Positions 38,473 through 46,163 of a stretch of DNA of 64,000 nucleotides are shown here, piece after piece (position 1 is the stretch's first letter; each line of letters begins with the position of its first letter). Under the pieces are notes generated by a model. The model searched no databases, had not been told where the DNA came from, and saw only the letters and a list, made by a program, of their open reading frames with translations. Position numbers and translations under genes: made by a program. This DNA is from Lachnospiraceae bacterium (GTDB taxonomy: Bacteria; Bacillota; Clostridia; Lachnospirales; Lachnospiraceae): the NCBI GenBank assembly GCA_050874905.1, contig JBNMLP010000008.1, forward strand, positions 8,392 to 72,391, written 5' to 3'.

Positions 38473-39246
38473 TTAATATCCAAAATATTGATCAATTCCA
38501 TCCACCATTCCCATGGCAAGTTTTTTCTGATATTCCTTTTTATGAAGAAGTGCATCCTCCTTGGGGTTTGTCATGAACCCTACTTCGATCAACGTAGTCG
38601 GCATCTTTGCCCAATTGGTTCCTGTCAGATCATCCCGCTTTGTAAGCCCACGATTTTTCGTCTTGGCCTTACTACACATTGCATCCAGCAGACACTTGGA
38701 CAGTTTTTTACTCTTTGTACTGTTTTTCCCCACATAGGGATTCGAAGAAGATGGATATAATGCAGAAGCACCATATACCGAGGACGAACTGGTGCCATCC
38801 GCATGGATGCGGATAAAGATATCCGCTTTCTTCTCATTCGCAATCTGTGCTCTTTTGGCACAGCTAACTGCAGTCTTGTTATCCTTTCTTGTCATCACTA
38901 CCTGATAACCGCGGGATTCCAACTCTTTCTTCATCATCTTGGCAAGAGATAATGTCAGTTTATATTCGGGATACCTGGTAGAGACACCCTGCGTTCCCGT
39001 AGAATCTTTTGCTTTTTTCGTCTTCGCTCCGGGGCCGATCGATTCCACACCACCATTCATCTTACCGGAATGTCCGGGATCTAACGCCACAATCTTCTGA
39101 GACCGATCCTGATCATTGCAATTCTTTTTTTCCTCTGTTATTGTAGTGTCATCTTTCTTTTTTCCTTCCACATAAAAAGAACTATTTCCCATCATACACA
39201 ACACTACGAAAATCAGAAAAAACATTCTGCATCGTTTGCTCTTCAT
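38473..39246 (-). CDS. N-acetylmuramoyl-L-alanine amidase (Amidase_3), exported
   Basis: Signal-like N-terminus; ALDPGH, EYKLTL, IRIHAD, LIEVGFMTN. Confidence 0.9.
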   Translation of the reverse strand: MKSKRCRMFFLIFVVLCMMGNSSFYVEGKKKDDTTITEEKKNCNDQDRSQKIVALDPGHSGKMNGGVESIGPGAKTKKAKDSTGTQGVSTRYPEYKLTLSLAKMMKKELESRGYQVVMTRKDNKTAVSCAKRAQIANEKKADIFIRIHADGTSSSSVYGASALYPSSSNPYVGKNSTKSKKLSKCLLDAMCSKAKTKNRGLTKRDDLTGTNWAKMPTTLIEVGFMTNPKEDALLHKKEYQKKLAMGMVDGIDQYFGY

Positions 39247-39259
39247 TGCTGTTCCCTCT

Positions 39260-39517
39260 CTATAAATACTCCTCAAATACATGCTCCACTGCAGCAATCG
39301 CTTCCTTTTCGTCCTTACCCTCTGCACAAACTGTCACTTCTGCACCACACTGAATACACATAGACATGATTGCCAGCAGATTCTTTGCATCTACCTCTTT
39401 GTCATCCATCTTAATGGTAATCGCCGAATCATATTGATTCGCCTCTTTCGTGATCATCCCCGCAGGTCTTGCATGAACACCTGCTTCCACTTTTATAGTA
39501 TAAGTAAACGAAACCAT
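39260..39517 (-). CDS. ptsH: Phosphocarrier protein HPr
   Basis: GVHARPA (His15), AEGKDEKEAI; Ser46 position reads Asn (DAKNLL). Confidence 0.85.
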   Translation of the reverse strand: MVSFTYTIKVEAGVHARPAGMITKEANQYDSAITIKMDDKEVDAKNLLAIMSMCIQCGAEVTVCAEGKDEKEAIAAVEHVFEEYL

Positions 39518-39589
39518 AACAACCTCCTAAAAGTTTAACAAATCTCCCAGTTTCTTTTTTGGTTAGCATACTCGTTCTTCTGTTGTTCG

Positions 39590-40804
39590 TCAAGACTTTT
39601 TCTCAAGAATCTTAACGCTCCGTGCCAGAATCCCCTTCATCTTTGCAATGAGCAGTCCATAATTGGTAAAGGCAACCCCTTGTCCTTTCGCCCGTTCTTC
39701 TCGGCTTTTCATTTCCTGCTCATTCAGCATACACCCGCCACAATGGATCACCAGCACATAGGGGGACAGATCTGTTGGAAATTCCCTGCCAGAGCAAGTA
39801 TCGATCTGAAGTTTCACACCAGTATAAGAGTGCAGCCAGTTTGGTATTTTTACCGTGCCAATATCTTCACACTGTCGATGATGCGTACAACCTTCGGCGA
39901 TCAAAACACGATCCCCCTCTTTCAATTGATCGATCTTAGAAGCTCCGGAAAGTGCTGTTTGCAAAAAGCCTTTGTAACGAGCCATCAAAATGGAAAAGGA
40001 TGTAAGCAGAATAGATTCCGGAACAATCTTTGCAACCGCTTCAAAAGCCTGACTGTCTGTAATCACAAGCTTGATCCGTTCCCCATACTGCTGTACCACC
40101 TCAGAAAGTTCGCTGTCTTTTACCACCAGAGTATGCGCCCCCGCCTCCAGCAGATCACGGATCACCTGCTGCTGTGGAAGGATCAGTCGTCCTTTTGGAG
40201 CCGAAGCATCGATCGGCACAACAAGCACGACCAGATCATGCTGCTTTACAAAATCCGCTGCCAGCCGGTTGTGGTGTTCCTGATTCGGAAGCAGACTGCC
40301 AAGGTGTTCCTTCAGCTCCTCTATGCCACTCTTTGTTTTGGCACTCACAAACAAATGCGGAAGCTCCTCTTCATCAAAAAACGCATTCCAAAATGCCTCA
40401 TCAAAGGCGTTATCATCCTTTTTATTCACCACACAAAGCATTGGGAGCTGCTTCTTTTTGAGACGTTTGAGCCAGTCTCTTTCCAATTCGGAGATCCTAC
40501 TTGTTCCATCCAGTACAAACACTGCCAGGTCGGTGCGTGTCACCGCCTCCTTTGTTTTAGCAACGCGCAGTACTCCAAGCTCTCCCTCGTCATCAAAGCC
40601 CGGTGTATCAAGGATTACGACCGGCCCTAACGGAAGCAGTTCCATCGCCTTTCCCACAAGATCCGTCGTGGTGCCGCGTACTTCTGATACCACGCTCAGC
40701 CGTTGTGCTGTGACCGCATTGACCAGACTGGATTTTCCGGCATTACGTTTTCCAAGAAAAGTTATATGGACTCGCTCTCCCATCGGTGTGCCATTTCCAC
40801 TCAT
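39590..40804 (-). CDS. hydF: [FeFe]-hydrogenase H-cluster maturation GTPase
   Basis: GKRNAGKSS, GTTTD, DTPG, NKKD, APKGRLILPQQQ, EGCTHH, IHCGGCM. Confidence 0.95.
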   Translation of the reverse strand: MSGNGTPMGERVHITFLGKRNAGKSSLVNAVTAQRLSVVSEVRGTTTDLVGKAMELLPLGPVVILDTPGFDDEGELGVLRVAKTKEAVTRTDLAVFVLDGTSRISELERDWLKRLKKKQLPMLCVVNKKDDNAFDEAFWNAFFDEEELPHLFVSAKTKSGIEELKEHLGSLLPNQEHHNRLAADFVKQHDLVVLVVPIDASAPKGRLILPQQQVIRDLLEAGAHTLVVKDSELSEVVQQYGERIKLVITDSQAFEAVAKIVPESILLTSFSILMARYKGFLQTALSGASKIDQLKEGDRVLIAEGCTHHRQCEDIGTVKIPNWLHSYTGVKLQIDTCSGREFPTDLSPYVLVIHCGGCMLNEQEMKSREERAKGQGVAFTNYGLLIAKMKGILARSVKILEKKS

Positions 40805-40833
40805 TTTGTCGTTCCCTTCTATTCTTTCCGTTT

Positions 40834-41793
40834 TTACTCTGCTAATTCATACGTCTGTTCAAATACATCTGACTTAATAATGTATAGATCAGTTTGATCA
40901 TCGGGACGCACTGCCAGATAATCTCCTGCTTTTCCCAAAAAATATGCACTTTCTTCTCCGACAGGAAATACCTTAGTACGTTTTTCAAGCTGTTTTACTA
41001 AAATTCCGCTTCCCTGTACCGGATAACAGATCCTTGCCAGCTCATCCAGACTGATATACGTGTGTTCTGGAAGAATTTCCACTGCCGGAATATAATCCAG
41101 CATCTGCTCAAATACATCCAACGGCTCTTCTGTTGCCTCATAAGTTCGTTCAAATTTTTCCCGGCTGATGTCATAGACTTCCCCACGACAGCCAATCATA
41201 ATATAGACATCTTTGCCTGTTTTAATGCGCGCCCCGGATTCATTTTCAAACGTTTTTAGCAACACTTCCGTTCCCTCCGGCGCAAGCGCAAGAGATTTCA
41301 CATACGACCAGCCAGAATGTCGTTTTACATAATGCGCATAGGAAGCAATCTCCTCCTCGTGCGTTCCTGCAAAATCTTTTGCCCAGATCACATCACAGGA
41401 ATCAAAATATGCCATAATGCGAGACATGATATAAGAAAGCTCATCCGCCATTTCATTGGCAGAAACTGCTACATGGAGCATGACACTGGATATGATCCCG
41501 GTTGCTTCTCTCTTTGTTTTGCCCTCCTTTACCAGAGCAGCATCTGTTAATATATATTTTAAAAACTCCAGTGCCCGTACCTGATAATTGTCGCTTTGAA
41601 AGAAAAACTCCCAATCCTCTTTTCCCTTTTTCACAAAAAGCACATACTGCCATGAAATAGAAAGTTCTGCCGGGAATTCAATATTTTCACATTCCACCAG
41701 CAAAAGATTTTGTTCCGGATATTGATACGCCTGCCCGCCTGTCACAAAAGGAAAGGCCGCTTCTACCTTTTCAAATCGTTCTTCATATCCCAT
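40834..41793 (-). CDS. Hypothetical protein: putative degenerate DHHA1-like N-terminus plus two repeated GD/G-Y...F..TYE modules
   Basis: Internal repeats YIMIGCRGEVYDISREKFERTYE and GDYLAVRPDDQTDLYIIKSDVFEQTYE; last gene of the five-gene operon. Confidence 0.55.
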   Translation of the reverse strand: MGYEERFEKVEAAFPFVTGGQAYQYPEQNLLLVECENIEFPAELSISWQYVLFVKKGKEDWEFFFQSDNYQVRALEFLKYILTDAALVKEGKTKREATGIISSVMLHVAVSANEMADELSYIMSRIMAYFDSCDVIWAKDFAGTHEEEIASYAHYVKRHSGWSYVKSLALAPEGTEVLLKTFENESGARIKTGKDVYIMIGCRGEVYDISREKFERTYEATEEPLDVFEQMLDYIPAVEILPEHTYISLDELARICYPVQGSGILVKQLEKRTKVFPVGEESAYFLGKAGDYLAVRPDDQTDLYIIKSDVFEQTYELAE

Positions 41794-41794
41794 A

Positions 41795-43300
41795 TTATTC
41801 CCCTTTCGTTTCCATCATTTTCTTGGCAAAGGATTGAAATACCTTGTTGACATGAGTGAAACAAAGTGTCACTTCATCCCCCTCCATTTTCGTGATCTTC
41901 GCATAAACATTGGCAAATAAAGCTCTTCCACCACGCTTGGCGGCAAAGATCTCCACATCTAAAAATTCTTCCAGATGCACATCACCAGCATCCTCCAGCA
42001 TGACTTTCGCTGTTTTTCTGGAAAAGTAGATCAAGGTAGCACTAGCTGCCTGATCGGATATCATTTTGCCTTCTACCGGATAGAGGTTAAAGATGACGCG
42101 GTCTTTGACCTCCACCATTTTCTCCTCTGCCCGCTTGTGAAGCTCGCAGGCATAACTTCCGGTCAGTCCCGTCACCTCACAGATCGGGATGGGCATTTTA
42201 GCCCCCTTTACGCTGATCTCAATCAGATTGTGAAGCTTTGCCTGACAGGCAAGCTGGTCGATCAAATGCTGCGATACAAGAACCTGTCCTCCCACACTAT
42301 AACTTTCGATACGGGAACAGAGATTTACCACCTGTCCCATCACATTATACCGCATCATACGGTTGGAGCCCACATTTCCAACAAACACTTCTCCACAATG
42401 CAGTCCGATTCCCATTTCCAACACCGGATAGCCATACTGTGTGCAATACGCATTGACCGTCTCCATCCGGTTCTGCATTCCGATCGCTGCTGCAATCGCC
42501 TGTTCATGTTGATCCTCCATCCAAAGCGGCGCACCAAACACTGCTAAAATAGCATCTCCAAGATATTCAATCACAGTACCATGATACCGGTTGATCACAT
42601 CGAGCATCTCTTCAAAAAAATGGTTTAAGATGTCTGTCACAGCTTCCGGTTCCAGTGTTTCTGACATCGAAGTAAAACCTCTCAGATCCGCCATCATGAT
42701 CGTTGCCTCACATTTCTTTCCACCGATCACTGCCCCCTCCGGATTATGGATGATCTGTTCTACCACCTGGTCAGAAAAATAGCGGCCAAAAATCTGGTAA
42801 AGCAACTCATTGCGCTGTTTTAATTTCTCATTCAGGCGCGCGATCTCCTTCGCCACCCGCAGATCACTCGCCTGTTTCTGCAGCAGGATTTCATAATTCT
42901 TTGTCACCTGATACTGCCATGCAGCATGTGCAATACGATGCTGTTCTCCCTGCGAAAACGGTTTGTGAAGCACGACGGTTGCTCCTTTGCTATAGCATAG
43001 CTCATCCATCGCAACACTCCGGTCATGCATCATAAAAAAGAGTGGCACACCTGCCAGACTCTGTTCCTGTTTCAACATGCTGATCGCCTGTTCTGACTCT
43101 TCTACTGCATTCTCGTAATCAACCAGAATAAGAGATGGGGCATTTTTCAGCACCCCCATCTCATCCTTTTGCATCAGCGCACGCTTTAATGCTTCTAACG
43201 ACAGAATGCAGACGGCACGCATACTGCCATCTGCATTGAGTTGTCGTTGTGCCTCGATCATTTCCTGTTTGACTGTATTGAATACCCAGATATGTTTCAT
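41795..43300 (-). CDS. Atypical receiver domain + coiled coil + class III nucleotidyl cyclase + C-terminal beta-rich (PilZ-like) domain
   Basis: LILVDY...HKPF receiver remnants; ADLRGFT, VIEYLGDAI, GLHCGEVFVGNVGS, RYNVMGQVVNLCSRIES cyclase motifs. Confidence 0.88.
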   Translation of the reverse strand: MKHIWVFNTVKQEMIEAQRQLNADGSMRAVCILSLEALKRALMQKDEMGVLKNAPSLILVDYENAVEESEQAISMLKQEQSLAGVPLFFMMHDRSVAMDELCYSKGATVVLHKPFSQGEQHRIAHAAWQYQVTKNYEILLQKQASDLRVAKEIARLNEKLKQRNELLYQIFGRYFSDQVVEQIIHNPEGAVIGGKKCEATIMMADLRGFTSMSETLEPEAVTDILNHFFEEMLDVINRYHGTVIEYLGDAILAVFGAPLWMEDQHEQAIAAAIGMQNRMETVNAYCTQYGYPVLEMGIGLHCGEVFVGNVGSNRMMRYNVMGQVVNLCSRIESYSVGGQVLVSQHLIDQLACQAKLHNLIEISVKGAKMPIPICEVTGLTGSYACELHKRAEEKMVEVKDRVIFNLYPVEGKMISDQAASATLIYFSRKTAKVMLEDAGDVHLEEFLDVEIFAAKRGGRALFANVYAKITKMEGDEVTLCFTHVNKVFQSFAKKMMETKGE

Positions 43301-43323
43301 TGCGTCACCTCATAACGATCCAC

Positions 43324-44190
43324 TCAGGATCTTCTCTTTGTAGAGGAATACCAGTTCCCCTTCTTTTTCGTGATTGGCTCCGGAGGCTGCTTACATTTTT
43401 CACATAATGTTCCGGTGCGGATTGGCGCACCACATTTGGTACAGGATAACCGCTCTTTGGCATATTTGGGAATCTCTAAAAATTCTTCCCGCAAAAAATA
43501 TTCTACAGAATCACGCGGCACACCTGTCTCCCGTGCGATCACGACCGCCGAGCGCGCCCCATTCTGTTCCAGATAATTGCGCACCGTCCGCAGATAATCA
43601 TAGGTTTCCTTTCCACAGACCACACACTCATACACACCTACCGCAGTCTCCACAAGTTCTCCTCCGCAATACTGGCATACTGCAGGCTTTGGATTCTTGG
43701 TAAAGACATCGGATTTACGCTTGTAAGGAGAAACATTCCGTAATGGATTTTTGCGAACCACCACCGGCTCTTCCTCCCGTCTTTCCAGATCAAGAAGGGT
43801 GCATAAACGATCTGATAATGTCTTTAACCCTCTCTTCTGATCCTCATAAAACGGAATCGTCTGTACATTGTTAAGATAAAAAGTGAACAGATCATTCATC
43901 GGTACCGAATCTATTTTCACTGGTACGATCTGTTTACGGCAATTGATCGCACTGTCAATTTCCTTTTCCACCCAAATAGAATCCTGTGAATTTTTGGAAA
44001 GTACCAGCAAAAAAACACCACATTCCTTGATAGCACGCGGAATCTCCCGTGCATAATTGGAACCAACAGGAATGGTCTCCGGAGCTTTAAAATAAGTGAT
44101 ATTCAATTCTTTCAAACAAGCTGCAAGTTCCTGTACAAACTGTCCATCTTTCGAGCTATAACTGATAAACACTGTCTTTTCCGTTGCCAT
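43324..44190 (-). CDS. TIR domain fused to zinc-ribbon/HTH/zinc-ribbon (YvyF-like) module
   Basis: VFISYSSKD, IPVGSNY, LVLSKNSQDSIWVEKEI; four CxxC pairs flanking SAVVIARETGVPRDSVEYFLRE; ATG 44190 behind GAGG. Confidence 0.85.
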   Translation of the reverse strand: MATEKTVFISYSSKDGQFVQELAACLKELNITYFKAPETIPVGSNYAREIPRAIKECGVFLLVLSKNSQDSIWVEKEIDSAINCRKQIVPVKIDSVPMNDLFTFYLNNVQTIPFYEDQKRGLKTLSDRLCTLLDLERREEEPVVVRKNPLRNVSPYKRKSDVFTKNPKPAVCQYCGGELVETAVGVYECVVCGKETYDYLRTVRNYLEQNGARSAVVIARETGVPRDSVEYFLREEFLEIPKYAKERLSCTKCGAPIRTGTLCEKCKQPPEPITKKKGNWYSSTKRRS

Positions 44191-44204
44191 ATGAGCCTCA
44201 CTTT

Positions 44205-45206
44205 CTAGGCACAAACTACTTGATTCCGCCCATTTTCCTTTGCTTTATATAAACAGACGTCTGCCTGCTTCACATTCTCATCTGCCGTTTTTGCGAGATT
44301 GACCGGACTGATTCCAAACGACATCGTTACCTTGATTCGGGTATTGTCGTAAATACAGACAGAAGCCTGTACCTGCTGCCTCACCTCTTCTGCAAACTGT
44401 TTTGCTTCTTCCATAGTTCGGTTTGCCAGCAAAAAGACAAATTCTTCTCCGCCCCACCGGATCACCTCATCGCCATCCATCAGATTCTTTCGGAAGATAT
44501 CTGCGATATGAACCAGCACTGCATCTCCTGCATTATGCCCATAGGTGTCATTTACTTTTTTAAAGAAATCAATATCACACATCACAAGTGCCGTCGGACA
44601 AAGTGCATTATTTTTTTTGACCTGGCGGTTGTAAACATCAAAGAAACCGCGGCGGTTCTTTAAACCCGTCAGAGAATCCTCCAGCACCTCTTCTAACAAA
44701 AGATGGGATTCCAATGTCTTATTACAATAAGCTGCTACCATAGCCAGCCGCTTCACATCCGTTTCATCAAAGCCTTTGCCATCCTCATCAATCTTATTGA
44801 TCGCCTGAAAAGCTCCAATAACATCTCCTTTTTCGTTGGTCACCGGAATACAAAGAATGGACTTCGTCACATATCCGGTTTTTTGATCCACTGCGGAATT
44901 GAACCGCTGATCCTCATACGGATTATTAATGATGATCGTTTCTTTGTTTGCCATAGTCACACCGATTACACCCGTACCTTCCGGTACAATGATCTTTCCA
45001 CTGTTAGACGCGGCAAGCGTCCAGTATCTCTTTTTCTTTTTATCCCAATACCAAAACGATGCACGGTCTGAATTCGTCAACGTACGCCCCAGATCTGTGA
45101 TCAGTAAAATCGTTTTGGAAAATCGCCGCTCATTCACCAGACGATTCATATAACTAAAAATCTCTTCTAATAATTCTTCCGCCGAACGTGCCTTTTTTTC
45201 TCCCAT
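44205..45206 (-). CDS. GAF-GGDEF diguanylate cyclase
   Basis: GAF with YEDQRFNSAVDQKTGYVTKSILCIP and AINK...FDETD; DSLTGLKNRR, DIDFFKKVNDTYGHNAGD, RWGGEEF; ATG 45206 preferred over GTG 45218. Confidence 0.93.
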   Translation of the reverse strand: MGEKKARSAEELLEEIFSYMNRLVNERRFSKTILLITDLGRTLTNSDRASFWYWDKKKKRYWTLAASNSGKIIVPEGTGVIGVTMANKETIIINNPYEDQRFNSAVDQKTGYVTKSILCIPVTNEKGDVIGAFQAINKIDEDGKGFDETDVKRLAMVAAYCNKTLESHLLLEEVLEDSLTGLKNRRGFFDVYNRQVKKNNALCPTALVMCDIDFFKKVNDTYGHNAGDAVLVHIADIFRKNLMDGDEVIRWGGEEFVFLLANRTMEEAKQFAEEVRQQVQASVCIYDNTRIKVTMSFGISPVNLAKTADENVKQADVCLYKAKENGRNQVVCA

Positions 45207-45214
45207 ATGCTGCC

Positions 45215-46009
45215 TCACTTTCTTAGTTCTTTGGCTAATGTTTTCATTTCCTGTTCGATATATTTCAGCGAAGCAATCTGATCCTTTGGATCATTTGTTT
45301 CAATCAATACACTGCAGTCCAAAAAATAATTTTTATAATAGGTATCAAATTCCTGCCAGTCAATCTTCCCATTTCCCAGTGCAAGATGCAGATCATGCTG
45401 CAGATCATTGTCGTTGATGTGAATATGTTTCACGTATGGCTGTACGCGCGTGACAAAGTCATGATAGTCTGCTCCATATATTCTTGCATGAGCGTAGTCC
45501 AGACATACCCCGTAATTAGGAAAGGCACCTAGTTCCTTTGAAATCGCTTCTATAATATCAGGAGTACGGTCAAACATGTTCTCCAGATAAATAAACACAT
45601 CAGGATATTCCACAAGCAACTCCTTTAAGCTGCGCACCGTCCCCGAAACAACCTGCGCATCATAGTCCTTTCCATAAAGCATCGGCATCGCATTTGTATG
45701 AAATACAACCCCCCGGCTGCCAAGCTTTCTTCCAATGTCCATACTTTGCCGCATCCGTTCTTTAGAAACAGCAGCAATCCGTTCATCGGAACTAAATGCC
45801 ACAATATCAAAAAAAGCACCATGCATCGTGCTGCCCTGCGGCATTCCCAACTGTTTGTATTTTGAAATAAGCTGTGCTGTTTTATCCGCATCATCTAATA
45901 CAGATGGGATAAAAAAATCATTCGGTTCAAATCCTACATGATATTCCTCTGCAATTGCTTTATACTGTGCGATCGCATCCAGTTTACTAACGATCAGAAC
46001 CCTGCCCAT
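45215..46009 (-). CDS. AP_endonuc_2 / xylose-isomerase-like TIM barrel metalloenzyme
   Basis: MHGAF, VFHT, LENM, LDYAH, HIHIND, HDLH, LIE motifs parallel to EndoIV. Confidence 0.85.
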   Translation of the reverse strand: MGRVLIVSKLDAIAQYKAIAEEYHVGFEPNDFFIPSVLDDADKTAQLISKYKQLGMPQGSTMHGAFFDIVAFSSDERIAAVSKERMRQSMDIGRKLGSRGVVFHTNAMPMLYGKDYDAQVVSGTVRSLKELLVEYPDVFIYLENMFDRTPDIIEAISKELGAFPNYGVCLDYAHARIYGADYHDFVTRVQPYVKHIHINDNDLQHDLHLALGNGKIDWQEFDTYYKNYFLDCSVLIETNDPKDQIASLKYIEQEMKTLAKELRK

Positions 46010-46054
46010 AACACACCTCTTTTCCCATATTCTCCATCATGAGCACCTATTTTA

Positions 46055-46083
46055 AGTATAGCATACCGCCCGTTTTCATACAA
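46055..46083 (-). promoter_or_regulatory. SigA promoter of the five-gene signalling operon
   Basis: Minus strand TTGTAT-17 bp-TATACT with extended TG upstream of the -10. Confidence 0.65.
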
Positions 46084-46122
46084 TTATATTATTGCGTCAT
46101 TTCTTAGGCAGATTGCACGAAA

Positions 46123-46146
46123 AAGGGACATCCTGAGATGTCCCTT
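46123..46146 (-). terminator. Terminator of the MFS gene
   Basis: AAGGGACATC-ctga-GATGTCCCTT with a T run on the minus strand. Confidence 0.75.
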
Positions 46147-46163
46147 CGTTCTTTTATCACTCT

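Noticed and set aside
39680-40630. 316-aa plus-strand ORF
   Set aside because: Entirely antisense to hydF, no SD or recognisable motif; shadow ORF
41795-44190. Calling the cyclase + TIR pair Pycsar, CBASS or Thoeris
   Set aside because: The TIR has no cNMP-binding, SAVED or STING domain; no CD-NTase or ThsA-type gene; the cyclase has purine-type motifs and regulatory domains
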